A stretch of DNA of 64,000 bases from Felis catus (taxonomy: Eukaryota): positions 12,648,001 through 12,712,000 of the forward strand of contig NC_058383.1 in the NCBI RefSeq assembly GCF_018350175.1. Reading direction: 5' to 3'. Positions 23,840 through 36,649 of this stretch are shown here, piece after piece. A program made the translations under genes and the position numbers. Each line of letters opens with the position of its first letter. The first letter of the stretch is position 1. The notes under the pieces are model-generated. The model worked only from the letters and a program-made list of their open reading frames with translations. It did not search any database and was not told where the DNA came from.

Positions 23840-24330
23840 TGTCAGGATAGGACAGGGTATGCTATGGTAACAAAGAGCCCTAAAATCTCTGGGGCTTAGC
23901 AATAAAAATTCATTTCTTATTCATGCGGATTTCACCGTGGATCTGGCAATCCCCCCAGAGTACTTTAACCTTCCAGTGGTGACGCAGGGGAGTTGCCTCT
24001 CATAGCTACATCTCAAAGACATGGCCTCCAAGATACTGCAGCAAGGGAAGAGCCAGCTCTTAATCGCCTCAACCTAGAAGCATCATGGATAACTTCCGCT
24101 TACAAGTCATTGGCCGGAGCCAGCCACATGGCCCCACCTAACCTCCACTTACAGGTCATTGGCCAGAGCTACTCACATGGCCCCACCTACCTTCTTCTTA
24201 TAGGTCATTGGCCAGAGCCAGTCCCATGCCCTCACCTAACTTCTGCTTGTAGGCCATTGGCCAGAGCTAGTCACGTGACCCCAGCTACCAGCAAGGGAGC
24301 TGGGAAATCTGTGGATGAGCACGTTCAAGG
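23840..24330 (-). mobile_element. MaLR LTR (MLT1J-like) containing a 49-bp tandem array
   Basis: 'tgtcaggatagg...gctatggtaacaa...aaatctctggggcttagc...catggcctcc...caagggagctgggaaat'. Confidence 0.75.
24091..24289. repeat. Minisatellite, about 4 x 49 bp
   Basis: units start at 24101, 24150, 24199 and 24248; approximate consensus tacaggtcattggccagagcyagtcacatggccccacctaacttcygct. Confidence 0.93.
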
Positions 24331-26224
24331 AGTAGTGAACGTCCTGCCACGCGATCTCAGCGGTCCTTTGACCCTGAAACACCTCCTCCCACCAACCCTC
24401 GGCGAATCGCTGTGATACCAAGCTTCTCACACCCCTTCCTGATGACTCAGACGTTCCTCAGCTGCCATGGTATTTGATGGCTGCTGTCACCAATGTCACC
24501 TTCTGGGCCCCCGCATGATGGTTTTAATCGGCAGCTGCAGACAACTCCTCCCATCCCTCTCTGCTGCCATTGACTTCCCTGACACCCTCGTCATTTCTTT
24601 TCTGAATGTGTCATCACAGTGTCCTTAACTGGCCTCCACCACGTCTCTCTGCCATACCACTGTCCTTTGTCTTCTACAAATTCAAATCGGACTATACCCT
24701 TACTCTGTTTCAAATCCTCCCATAGCTGCAGTGCCAACAGGATAGATCCAGTCTCCTGGTTTTCCTGAAAACCCTCTTACAGCGTGGTCCCAAAGACCCT
24801 TCAGCCTCGTCACCCAACGCCCCACTCGTGTGTTCCCCCATGCGCAAGCCACCCCAGATTCACGCCTGCTCCCCGACACGCCGTGGCATTGCCCTGAGCG
24901 CTCTTTCCAGTCTGCATCAGCTCTAGAAACTCCATGACAACGTCTCCAGTTCCCTTCAATGAGCTATCTTTCCCCTGCTCCGAGTTCCACATACCGTGTT
25001 AGTGTGCCTCGATTGTACTTCCCAATTGGTGTGTCTCCCGCCTCTACTGTGGGTTTCTCGTTGGCAGTGGCCTTGCCTCATCTCTGTCTCTCCAGCAGAT
25101 GGAACAGTCCCCGGCCCAGGGTACACCTCAGTCAGCATTGAATAGACCCCTGTTACGAATTATCCCCCTTCCATCTCACGCTGCTGAGAAAGACGTCATT
25201 GCTTCATAGGCTGCCATGTTTTTATTCCAAAATACTAAGAGAAATGGGATATGGATAAAATAATAACAATAAAGCCTGGGCCAGAGGTTTGAAGGAGAAC
25301 GTCAAATCCCCTAGAGTTTTCGTAGCATCTTGAAGACCAGAAGCTCCAGGGGCACCACTTTGACTTTCCGGATCATTCTGAAGTGGCCTCTCCACCTCAT
25401 TTGGAAAATCCTATGAGGATGGACCGAAAGTAAATGGCTGTTTTATTAACCCAGCATCGAGCTATTGCAATGCATTTCCCCTCCTGAACAGAGAGATTGC
25501 ATGCTCTGAAAGGAAAGGAAAGTGTGCATGAAAGCCCTGGTTATTCAGAGGAGGAGCAGGGAGAGACTTAAAAACCCTCCAGAAAGCCTTCAGCACTGTA
25601 ACTAAATGTTAATGTTTAAAGATATACCAATATTTCAGGAAGCCATTGGTAGTGCCACACTACAGCTCATTCTAGTTTTAAAGAGAAATATTTGACTTGG
25701 AGGAATGGACCCCATGCTGGCTCCAAGATAAACTTGCCTAGCGCTCTCAGGCCAATTTTAATGCTAAGAGCAGCTCCACTGGAGTAAAAGTTCATTTTTG
25801 AGAGCCAAGCTGTGAATTATGCTACAGGCAGAGCTGAGCAGTTGGTCTTTTGCTGATGAAGGCAGAAGCCTGAATATGATACAGAAGTGGAGGGGGGCGG
25901 GGGGTGCAGCCGGGGACATCCAAGGGGGATTATCGCAGAAGGTCAGACTAATTAAATCGAGAGAAGTCACCAGAGAGCCGGAGCTCCCACGCACGCCATA
26001 TTCAAATGCTCTGACACATGCAGGGGTTGATAAGAAAGAGAGGGTCTGAATTGCCACTTTTCATCTGCCTGGAAAGACAACAGTCAACCAAATAAAACTT
26101 TTTAGTATTGGGTTAAGCCAGGTGGGCAGGGAAGAGTTGAAAGTGCCTCCACGTCCTAATTCTGCAGTTGAATCAGAGACAGGGAGAGCGAGGAGAGACA
26201 AGGGCCAATCTCTTGTCTCTCTGG

Positions 26225-26830
26225 CTACTCATTTAACGCACAGCTGCCGTGTGCCTACTGTGTGCCGGCATAGCCCTGGATGCGAGGGATAAGACAAATG
26301 AAAAAACGCTCTTCGCCTTCAAAGAGCTCACAACTGGTGACCGTTTGTGTATCGATATTATGCAGAGTGACCAAGGCTCCGCTAGAGCTATCTCAGGATT
26401 GCAAGGAGCACTTTAGGGAGAGTCTAACTGTCCAGGTAGGATGAGAGCTGGCTCCATAAAGGAAGCAACACACGGTGTCGGGAGTGAGTCAGAATTCTCC
26501 AGTCCGTGGGTGGAAGAAACGCAAGTGGGGCAAAGGCCGCAGGACACACTGAGGTCAGGAGGCTGAAGACCATGATCTTTTGAGAGGTTTGGAAATACAG
26601 AGTGGGTGGGACGTAGAGACCAGGCCAAGGAATGCTGGAGAAGAGACTGATAAGGCAGGCGGGCATCAGACCCTGGAGGGCTTTGAATGCCACGCAAAAG
26701 CATTTAGAATCCGCCTTGTAGGCGATGGGGAGCCGTTGACGGTTTGTAAAGGTGACAGGATCCCAAATGTATTTGCGAAAGACCCCCCACTGGCCACAGG
26801 TGGAAGATGGAAAGTCATCTAGGGAAGGGT
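26225..26830 (-). mobile_element. L2 fragment
   Basis: 'gtgcctactgtgtgccgg...gccttcaaagagctcaca...ggctttgaatgccacgcaaa...ggcgatggggagccgttga'. Confidence 0.7.
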
Positions 26831-26999
26831 CTCTTTTCAAACGTGCCAGCAACAAATGCCCCAAGAGGTGGGTCTAAGCAGCAGCGTGTCTCTGGCCCCT
26901 TTTTTCCTGCTCATCCTCACAGTAGAGGTACTGTCGAACAGGCAGTTCCTGAAAACCTACTGTGTGAACCCGGCACCGTGCTGTCTGTTCTCAGAGCCC

Positions 27000-27210
27000 G
27001 GGGGGGTGCTGAAGCCGGCTTATCCCCACTCATGCTGGCTCTGCAGAGCCAACTGCACATCTCTTTCCGGCTTCAGTGACATCCCGTTGGTAGCTTGAAA
27101 TTGGCCATTGTGGGAGGCTTTTTACACCTTGGAAATCTGTAAACGCTACAAACCAGGGCTTTTTCTTTTCCGAAGAGCCATTTATGAAACATTTTACCAG
27201 CACACCACTT
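27000..27210 (+). mobile_element. MER63A-type hAT-Blackjack MITE
   Basis: 'ttcagtgacatcccgttggtagcttgaaattggcc...aaacgctacaaaccagggct...accagcacaccact'. Confidence 0.8.
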
Positions 27211-28351
27211 GAAAAGATCCAGCCCCAGCCCTCCACCAGAGCAATCTCTACTTAAAGAGAAAAACCAATACGTATGAAATGCAAGAACAATGCAGTTTGA
27301 AATTTAGCACCCACTGAAGAAGGAGTCGTGGGGCAGTGGGGAGGAATGGGGGCAGGGGGAGAAAAGAAACCAAAGGCCTTGAGTGCCACAGCCAGCTCTC
27401 CTCGTCTCGGACTCTGTCGCTCTCATCCAAGCTGGAGGTTAATCAATTAGGCCCCATCTGCTGGTAATTCTGTCCTATATGGTGTCACCTCCAAATATAG
27501 TTCTCAGAGGTGACAGGAGACCTCAAAACCAAGCATGTTGTCAGAGGACTGCAGACATAGAAAGAGCCTCGGGGACAGACTCCAGCCCAAATTCCACTTT
27601 ATTCATCCATAAAACAAGGCATCCATTAGTAGCGACTTAACTGAAAACTCACAACGAGTAACAGCAAGGTGGGAACATGATTATAGCTCCCCCCTCAGCT
27701 CAGCATACACACGAGTGTATATATTTGTTTATATAAATATAAACATCGTGTTTATATTTGTAAATGAATGTCCCATGAGGACAGCCTGCCCTTTCTTTAG
27801 ACCCTTCAGGAACACATTTTGCACAGTATCATCCAAGACCGACATAGTCCTAAGTGTTTGTGGCAATGCCCAGTATCCAAAATGTTAACCGGAAGGAAAT
27901 TCACTCAATAACAATATAAAACCATCAGATCAGGAAATACACATTCAGGCCGACTTCCAAGGCTCTACGTGAGGCGTCTGGCCACGGGTCTGAGCTGGGT
28001 TCTAGGGCCTGGGACGAAGCTGGGAGCGAGTACTGCGAAACAGCATGTGAAATAAAGGCGCTCTGAAGGTCAGCGCAAGGGGATGACAGCAGAATCCAGA
28101 CCCAAGCGGGTGGTCCTAAAGTCACATCAGCCAAAAGGGCCAGACGGAGCAGAGGGATCCAGAGCAGTTGGTCCAGGGAAGAGTAAGAGGGTCTAGAATG
28201 GACGGAAGGTAGAAAAGAGGGACAGCTTCAAGAGTGCCCCTGGGCCATAAGTCTCAGCTACTGATATTTTCACTAAATACCTAGAGCTTGAATTGTGGCT
28301 CCCCTGAACTTAGATCTTATGCCCCGAAACTCTTTTCTAAAAAGATTTTGC

Positions 28352-28606
28352 GGGGGCACCTGGGTGGCTCAGTTGGTTAGGCGTCCGACTTTGGGTCATG
28401 ATGTCGCAGTTTGGGATTGCGAGCCCTGCGTCGGGCTCTGTGCTGACGGCTCAGAGCCTGGAGCCTGCTTCCGATTCTGTGTCTCCCCCTCTCTCTGCTT
28501 CTCCCCTGCCCATACTGTGTTTTTCTCTGTCTCTCAACAATGAATAAATGTTTAAAAAAAAATAATAAATAAATAAATAAAATGTTTTAAAAAATAAATA
28601 AATAAA
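28352..28606 (+). mobile_element. Can-SINE (SINEC)
   Basis: SINEC with long A/taaa tail. Confidence 0.92.
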
Positions 28607-28720
28607 ATGATTTGGGGGGCTAAAATAGAACCGCCAGCTTTTTCCTTTGCCAAAGCAAGGACAACGATAACAAATATGCTAGTGCCAGTTCACAAAATAA
28701 TATTTAAATCCCCCAAATTT

Positions 28721-28956
28721 AGGGGCGCCTGGGTGGCTCAGTCGGTTGAGCGTCCGACTTCAGCTCAGGTCACGATCTCACGGTTCGTGAGTTCGAGCCC
28801 CGCATCGGGCTCTGGGCTGATGGCTCAGAGCCTGGAGCCTGCTTCCGATTCTGTGTCTCCCTCTCTCTCTGCCCCTCCCCCATTCATGCTCTGTCTCTCT
28901 CTGTCTCAAAAGTAAATAAACATTTAAAAAAAATTTTTTTTAATAAATAAATAAAT
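28721..28956 (+). mobile_element. Young feline-type SINEC
   Basis: 'ggctctgggctgatggctcagagcc' motif, CpGs intact; TSD about aaatccccaaattta. Confidence 0.95.
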
Positions 28957-28989
28957 AAATTCCCCAAATTTAGAAAGGGCAAAGTCTCA

Positions 28990-29222
28990 GGGGTGCCTGG
29001 GGGGCTCAGTCAGTTAAGCGTCCAACTCTTGGTGTCAGCTCAGGTCATGATCTCACGGTTTGTGAGTTCGAGCCTTGTGGCCGGCTCTGTGCTGACAGCC
29101 TACTTGGGATTCTCTCTCTCTCTCTCTCTCTCTCTCTGCTCCTCACTCGCTTGCATATGCACACGTGCACTCGTTGTCTCTCTCTCTCTCTCTCAAAATA
29201 AATAAACATTTAAAAAACTTAA
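28990..29222 (+). mobile_element. Can-SINE (SINEC)
   Basis: SINEC head and two (CT)n runs. Confidence 0.9.
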
Positions 29223-29249
29223 GAAAGAACAAATTCTCAGAATAAAGGA

Positions 29250-31785
29250 CATTCATCTGCATTGACTGCATATAGTTTTAATGGTGAAAGGTTGAAAGCT
29301 TTTCCTCTGGTATCAGNNNNNNNNNNNNNNNNNNNNNNNNNNNNNNNNNNNNNNNNNNNNNNNNNNNNNNNNNNNNNNNNNNNNNNNNNNNNNNNNNNNN
29401 NNNNNNNNNNNNNNNNNNNNNNNNNNNNNNNNNNNNNNNNNNNNNTTTTAAAATTTTATTTAAATCCAAGTTAGTTAACAGCAGATGATAGGATCGTATA
29501 TATACAGAATCCTAAAGCGTCTACTAAAAAACTATTAGAACTAATAAATAAGGTCAGGTAAGTAATAGGATACAAAATCACCATGCAAAATCAGGTGTAT
29601 TTCTTTTTTTTAACAATTTTTTTAATGTTTATTTATTTCTAAGACAGAGAGAAACAGAACATGAGTGGGGGAGGGGCAGAGAGAGAGGGAAACACAGAAT
29701 CGGAAGCAGGCTCCAGGCTCTGAGCTGTCAGCACAGAGCCCGACGCGGGGCTCGAACTCACAAACCGTGAGATCATGACCTGAGCCGAAGTTGGTCGTTC
29801 AACCAACTGAGCCACCCAGGTGCCCCAATCAGGTGTATTTCTATGAAAATATTCAGATATTTCTAACAATGAAATATCTGAAAAAGAAATAAAACACTCC
29901 CATTGACAATAGCATCAAAAACAAAATAGTTAGGAATACAGTTAGCCAGGGGGCGAAATATCTGGACACTGAAAACTGTAATACAGATGAAAGAAACTGA
30001 AGAAGACACAAACGGTAAGCTATCCTGTGTCTGTGGATCAGAAAAATTAATATTGTTAAAATGCCCCTACTNNNNNNNNNNNNNNNNNNNNNNNNNNNNN
30101 NNNNNNNNNNNNNNNNNNNNNNNNNNNNNNNNNNNNNNNNNNNNNNNNNNNNNNNNNNNNNNNNNNNNNNNNNNNNNNNNNNNNNNNNNNNNNNNNNNNN
30201 NNNNNNNNNNNNNNNNNNNGGAGGTGCACACTTGCAGATATTAAAGTGTATCACGACGTGATAGTGATCAAAAGTATAGTATCGGCATACACACAGACAC
30301 ACAGACAAGTGGAACACGATCAGAAGCCTGAAATAAATTCTTACATATATGGTAACTAATATTTGGCAAGAGAGCCCAGAATACTCAATGGGGAAAGGAC
30401 AGTCTCGTCATAAATAGTGCTGAGTAAACTGGATAATTACGTGGAAGAGAATGAAATTGCACCCTTATCTTAAACCCCTCACAAAAATGAACCCCAAATC
30501 AATTAAAGACTTCAAGCTCCTAGAAGAAACTGTTAGGAAATGTCCTTGCCTTTGGTCTTGGCAACATTTTTTGGGATGGGACACCAAAAACACAGGTAAC
30601 AAAAGCAAAAATAAATGGGACTACATCAAACTCAAAAGCTGCTGTGCAGCAAAGAAAACAAAGCAACAAAATGAAAATGCAACCTACTGCGTGGGAGAAA
30701 ATATCTGCAAACCATATATCTGATAAAGGGTTAATATCCAAAATATATAAGGAGCTCAGACAACTCAATAGCAAAAACCAAACAATATGATTCCAAAATG
30801 GGCAGAGAAACTAGATGGACAATTTTCCAAAGAAGAAATACAAATGGCCACCAGGTACATAAAAAGATGCCCGATATCACTAATTGTCAGGGAAATGCAA
30901 ACCAAAACCACAATGAGATGTCGCCTCACACCTGCCAGAATGGCTCTTATCAGGAAGATAAGCAATAACAAGGTTGTGGAGAAAAAAACAACCACCCGTG
31001 CACCATTGGTGGGAATATAAATTGCAACAGCCACTGTGGAAAACAGTATACAAGTTCCTCAAAAAATTAAAACTAAAATCATACATTACAGCAACTCCCC
31101 GCTAGAGATTTATCCAAAGGAATTAAAATTAGGATCTCAGAGAGAACTCTGCAGTCCCATACTCATTGCACCATTATTCACAATAACAAACAAATGGAAA
31201 CGATCTAAGTGCCTATTTGTGGACGAATGGATAAAGAAGATGTGAGATATATATATATATTATACAGAGAACATACATATTAGAATATCATACAGCCGTC
31301 AGAATGAAAGAAAGGCTGCCATTTGCAATAACATGGATGGACTTCGAGGGCATCATGCTAAGTGAAAGAAGTTAGAGAAAGAAAAATAATATATGATATA
31401 TATGATCTCATTTATATGTGGCATTTTTAGAAAACCAAACTCGTAGAAATGGAGAGTAGAACGGTAGTTTCTAAGGGTTGGGGGGAGAGGGGAAATGGGG
31501 AAATGTTGGTCAAAGGGTACACATTTCCAGCTAACAGATGGATAAATTCTGTACAGTATGATGCCTGTAGTTAACAATACTGTATTATACAGTGAAAGTT
31601 GCTAACAGAGTAGATCTTAAACGTTCTCAACACAAAAGAGAAATGGTAGTTACGTGAGATGATGGGGGTGTTAACCAACCGCACTGGGGTAATTATTTCA
31701 CAATACTTAAGTTATCGTCACGTTATAGGCTTTAAACTTACACAATGTGATATGTCAATTATATCTCAGTAAAGCTAGGGGGGAA
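29250..31785 (+). mobile_element. L1 (L1MA9-like) ORF2 3' half plus 3'UTR, degenerate
   Basis: frameshifted ORF2 peptides (30451 'MKLHPYLKPLTKMNPKSIKD...WDYIKLKS', 30787 'IVREMQTKTTMRCRLTPARMA'); 3'UTR 'gagtagatcttaaacgttctca...tgtcaattatatctcagtaaagct'. Confidence 0.9.
29605..29826 (-). mobile_element. Can-SINE (SINEC) inserted in the L1
   Basis: 16-bp TSD aatcaggtgtatttct at 29589-29604 and 29827-29842. Confidence 0.95.
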
Positions 31786-34700
31786 AGCTGCTAGAGATTT
31801 CATAAATAGAAAGTTATTTATTGGTTCTCTCTGTGCAGGTGGATATAGTAAATTCTTAAAACATGACGCTAAGGCTCAAAAAGCTCCTAAAGTTTTAGGT
31901 CTGTGCTGTGCTGGCACTTGAGTTTAAAACTTGGATGGATATTTGACATCTCCCCAACCACAGAAAGAAGGGGGGGGAAATGGCATCCCAGGGCTCATGA
32001 AATAGAGCCCTAAAATGTCATTTACGAAAAGTGCTTTTTTGGATTACCTAGCCCAGGGCTCACAAATTGGTTTCATCGCACACATATACACCATCTGAGA
32101 AGGGGTGGCTGCCTGGGGTCAGGGGGAGAAACGAGGCTGCGTCCAGGCCCAGAGGGGGAAATGCTGTGATAGAATTCCTTACCTCTACCGCGGGCTTGGG
32201 GAAAAAAACAAACAAAACTCCCTTGTCACGATCAGGGAAACCAAGGCAGTGAAGTGATTTCTCCAGTATAGCCCCTGGTCTCCAGCCCCTCCAGCCCGTC
32301 CGCTACCCCCCCCACCATGTTGTGTCGATGGACTAACCTCATTCACTTTCTTGGCTCTTGTCTTCTTACCAGTTCACACGGAACTTACCGAACCCCAACC
32401 CCGTGCGACACCTGCCAGCAATCCCCCATCCCTAGTCCTTTCCCTCCAAGCCTTTCCTTTCTCCTTCTCTAATAGGCCGGAAACTCAGTCTGTAGCGTCC
32501 ACCTGCTCCATGAGGCCCTCACTGGGAATTCTGTTTCTGGAACTTTCAGCGTACCTTATTGGAGCCACTGTCTGGTGGGCCCGGTTTTGAAGGGACGCGC
32601 CTCGCCTCTTTGACTTGGGCCGCGGTGCACGGACCTCCACCGGCACTTACCGCCCTGGACTTAACTAGCGTTTGAGCTGTAGCTGTTCCTGTATTTACGA
32701 GCCATAAGGTCCTTTAGAGACAGGGGCTGGGCCTTTGTATGCTACACAGTGCATAACATAAGGCACAAAATAAATATTTGTGAAATGAGAGAACGAGAGG
32801 ATGTAATCAAGTCTCCTGTTACTCTTTTGGACTTGGGAGCTTTACGCCCAAAGTGCACGCTTTTAAGTCTGAAGGAGAAAATGCATTTCACCTCCTCTCC
32901 GCCATAGAACGCAGCCCCCACCCACACTGCTGAAGTTTCCACACCATTTGCCCACGTAGTCTCCACGCATGCACCCCACAGCCCTCTTTGCTTAGCGGGG
33001 TGGTTTTCCAATTTTATTTTAGCATCAGAACTCCGGGGTCAAATGAGAGATTGGACAAACCCCAAAGATAAGACGGCAAAAAAGCAATGAAGGGAGGGCG
33101 CCAGGCTTACACTCCCCCTTGCCCCTTTCAGCAACCCCTGACTCGCCCACACTGCACCCCCAAGTCCCCCCCACCCCCAGATCCCTAGGCCTCCCACTTG
33201 CCTCCCACTTGGGCCTTCCTCTCCTTCCCTCCAGCCCACTCCACGGCCAGCTGAATATTTTAACACTAGTCCGGCCTTGACATCCTTTTAATCTGTCACT
33301 CTTTGGTGCCATGAAGGCTGTTCCCCCCTGGGGGCTCCCAGACACGGACGCAACTAGCCACACACCCAACCTACGCCGCCCTTCTTGCTACACCTACATC
33401 ATTGGCTTCAACTGGATCCCCTATAGACACCATGCTGTCTTCACTGTGGGGACTACCTGAGTCTGGGCTGCTCACCCACAGAGCCCTCCCCACCCTCTCC
33501 CTCTCCAAGGGGTCCATTATCCACCTCACCCCCACCCCCACCTCCGGCCACTTCCTTTGGATTCCCTCGCCTGGAGCCACCTTTCACCCGTGCCAAAATC
33601 CGGAGTCACCCCCAAACACTCCCTCTCCTCGGCCTCCCCCTGCACATCCAGTCCACCAGGACTTGACCTCGGGAATGTATCTTAAACCCATGCCCCTCTC
33701 CTCCTCATGGGCACGGCCTTCTTTTGGATTCTTCCTTCTTTCCAGGATTTCCGGAAAACTTTCCAGATGGGTTTTCCTGCCTCACTAATCCACTTTGTCC
33801 CAAGCTGCAGGGCCATCCATCCAAAACACAGTGCCTCCCACGGCCATCCCAAATCTTTCAACAGCTCCCACTGGCTTTGTGTGAAGGTCCAAAGGTGAAC
33901 ACAAAAGGCTATTCATGCTCTGTCCCTCTTCCTTCCGGGATCTCATCCCCTACCACGGCCCCAGGCTCAGCCAGCGGTTTGGTCTTCCCAAACCATCACC
34001 ACTTTCCCATGGGGCCATCTCTCTCATCTCAGAGCAGACGGACATTCGGCCAAGATGGAGAGAGTCTATCGTTAAATACAGAAATGCGTTGGAACAACGC
34101 GGTAAGCAGCCAGAGGTCCCAGCCCCCAGGCGTCTCCTGCTCCTCCCACCCTTCCACCCCCCACCGCCAGCAAAGGAAGGGTGGATGAGGAGCCCAGCAA
34201 GTGGCCAAGTTGTTAAATACTTTGGCTCTCATCCCTGCACAGACCACCCTTCTCCTCAGCCCCGGTGTCCTATGATTCTCCCTCCTCCAGCCTACCCCTC
34301 TCTGCGTTCCCACAGACACTTCTCTGTGCTTCTGTCCCACAACTTGTCCCGCTGGATTGTGATTTCTTACTCACCTCTCTCTCCCTCCCACTCAACCAGG
34401 AGCTCCTTGGGAGCTAGAGCCACATCGCGGATGCTCAACTAGTGTTGGGTGGACTGGACCCTCTAGCGATCCAGAAGGGTCCCACCTGCTGAAAGCTCTC
34501 CACTCTTCTGGTTGTAGACTTCTGCACACCTAGCTCTCCCCAAGACTTGCTTCGTGCAGAGCTAAGCACATACTAGGTGCTGAATAAATGCTATTTCTGA
34601 GGCTAATATGCACGCTCCCCTTCCCCGCAGAATGAGGACATAACAGCCCTTCTTAGCCGAAATCAAGAGATCCAGCTGAAGCCAAGTAAACCAGGAACTA

Positions 34701-35087
34701 GCTGCCAAAAACAGCTAAGCACACTCATCCACACAGCTGGTGAGCCAAGAACCACTCGCCCCAGCTCTGCCTTGTAAAGGAGGAGCACTTCACAGCCCCC
34801 CTCCCCCACCCCTCTGGAAGATTTTCCTCCTGCCCTTTGTGGAGATCCCAAATAAGAGACAGCCCAAAGCCAGCTAGAGAAAGAGAAAGGAGTAGATCAA
34901 ACAAGGCTTCTGTTTCAGCTACGTGGTGCTGTGTGTTTTCTAAAAGGAGAGAGAAAACAGAATCAAAAGAATGTCTTTTCGCTTTCAGAGACAAGCACGA
35001 GCGAAATCGCCCAAGCTTCCCCACCTTCAGCAGATTTCTCCTAACAGGCCTGGGAACACAGGGAGAGGGTGGATGAGGGTGGATGTT

Positions 35088-35397
35088 GGAGGGGAGGGAG
35101 GGAGCAGGGAGAAGGGCAGGAGGAGGGAAAACAGGGAGGAGGGGAGGGAGAAAGACAGGGAGGAGGGGTGGGAGGAGGGCAGGGAGGAGGGGAGGGAAGA
35201 GGGGAAGGAGGGGGCAGGGAGGAGGAGGCAGAGGAAGGCAAACAGGGAGGAGGTAGGGAGGAGGGGAGAAAGGAGGGAGGGAGGAGCGGGGGAGGAGGGC
35301 AGGGAAGAGAACAGGGAGGAGCAAGGGAGTACGGAGGAGGAGGAGGGAGCACAGGGAGGGAAGTGATGCAGGGAAGCATGCAGGGAGGAGAGGAAGA
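35088..35397 (+). repeat. Purine-rich (GGA/GGGA) low-complexity tract
   Basis: recurring cagggaggag(g) units, almost no T on the + strand. Confidence 0.93.
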
Positions 35398-35404
35398 ACA
35401 CAGG

Positions 35405-35615
35405 ATCAGCAGCTACTACAGGCCAGGCCCTCGGCCAAGTGCTTTGCACGCGTCCTCTCCCTGAACCATGAAAACAGCCCTCCAAGCTTGGTATGATTCG
35501 GTCTCAAAGCAGAGGGAACTGAGGCTTGGGAAGTCCTCTGGTTTGCCCAGTGGCCGAAGGCTCGCAGGAGGCAGAGCTGGAAAGATAGGCCTGGAACTCT
35601 GGTTCTGACAGGCTC
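35405..35615 (-). mobile_element. MIR (diverged)
   Basis: 'ccaagtgctttgcac...gagggaactgaggctt...tttgccca...ggcagagctgg'. Confidence 0.65.
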
Positions 35616-36649
35616 CTGGGCACTGCCCCCTCTCCCCCTCCCCTGGGGTTTGCCCCAGCCCGCAGCACCTCCGAGGCCTGCCTGCCGGCCAGCCACCCTC
35701 CCCACCGTGTGCCTGGCGGAGCGGGTCCCCGCCCACTGTGGCTTCTCGTCCTCGAGGGAATTCGCTCAACACCCGCATGCGCACGTGTGATTTTCACAAG
35801 GTCAGAGCTGAAGATTAATAGTGGATGGGGGGGATTCAGGACCGCACCGTCTCCGTGCACCCAAAGCAAGTGGAGAACTAGGACGGCCCGTGGCTGGAGC
35901 GGCTGTCCCAAATGTCACCTACGCTGGCCAGGCCTCCCCTGGCTCCCTAACTAGCGCTGCCCTCCCCCATCCCCCACCTCTCTCTCTCTCTCTCTCTCAG
36001 ACCCACCTTTAGTTTCTTTCTCCTTTCCCTTTACCGCATTCTAGAATGACTCTTACCCATGTGCTTCCTCGCACAGCATCTACCTGCCCCAATAGAATGG
36101 AAAGTCCAGCTGTGCCCCAGGCAAGGCAGGCTGTCAGGTGCGTGGCCTCCTCCAGACCCCTCTTCTGGCACGCGTCCCCATCACACAAGTCACAGTGTAC
36201 CCTGCCTGACACACACATGTGCCGTGCTACCGAACGTGACGCTAGCCTCCAGATGGACGTGGGGTCCCAGTTCTATCAGCATCTGTCTCTGAGAGATTCC
36301 TCCAGGAGCCAAAAGCATCCGCCCGGATCCCAAAGAGCTGCCGCAGAAGGGGGTGAGGGGTCCCCTGCAATCGGCTGCTCACCACGCACGCCTGGTGCCC
36401 TGCTCTGCCTGCGAACGTCTTCCATCAGATAGAAGGAGGCACTGCCCCCGTGTCTCCACGAACCGGTCTTTTGAAGATCATAAGTATTTGGCCACAAGTT
36501 TAGACCGGCTCCCAGGGGAGGGGAGGGACTCTCAAGACTGCAGATTCCAGAGCCCTGAACTTCTGATTCTGATACTTCATGGCCTTAATTTTGGATGTAT
36601 TACCTCCTTCCCCCTGCAAAGTAAAAAAGGAACTAAAGTCATCGTAACT

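Noticed and set aside
23993-24415. 140-aa ORF with an internal repeat
   Set aside because: Read-through of an LTR minisatellite whose 49-bp period is not a multiple of 3.
30451-31245. ORFs with L1 ORF2-like peptides
   Set aside because: Frameshifted, stop-riddled remnants of a dead L1; not a functional CDS.
34725-35485. Overlapping G/E/R-rich and P/L/S-rich ORFs in multiple frames
   Set aside because: An artefact of the polypurine low-complexity tract, which lacks stop codons.
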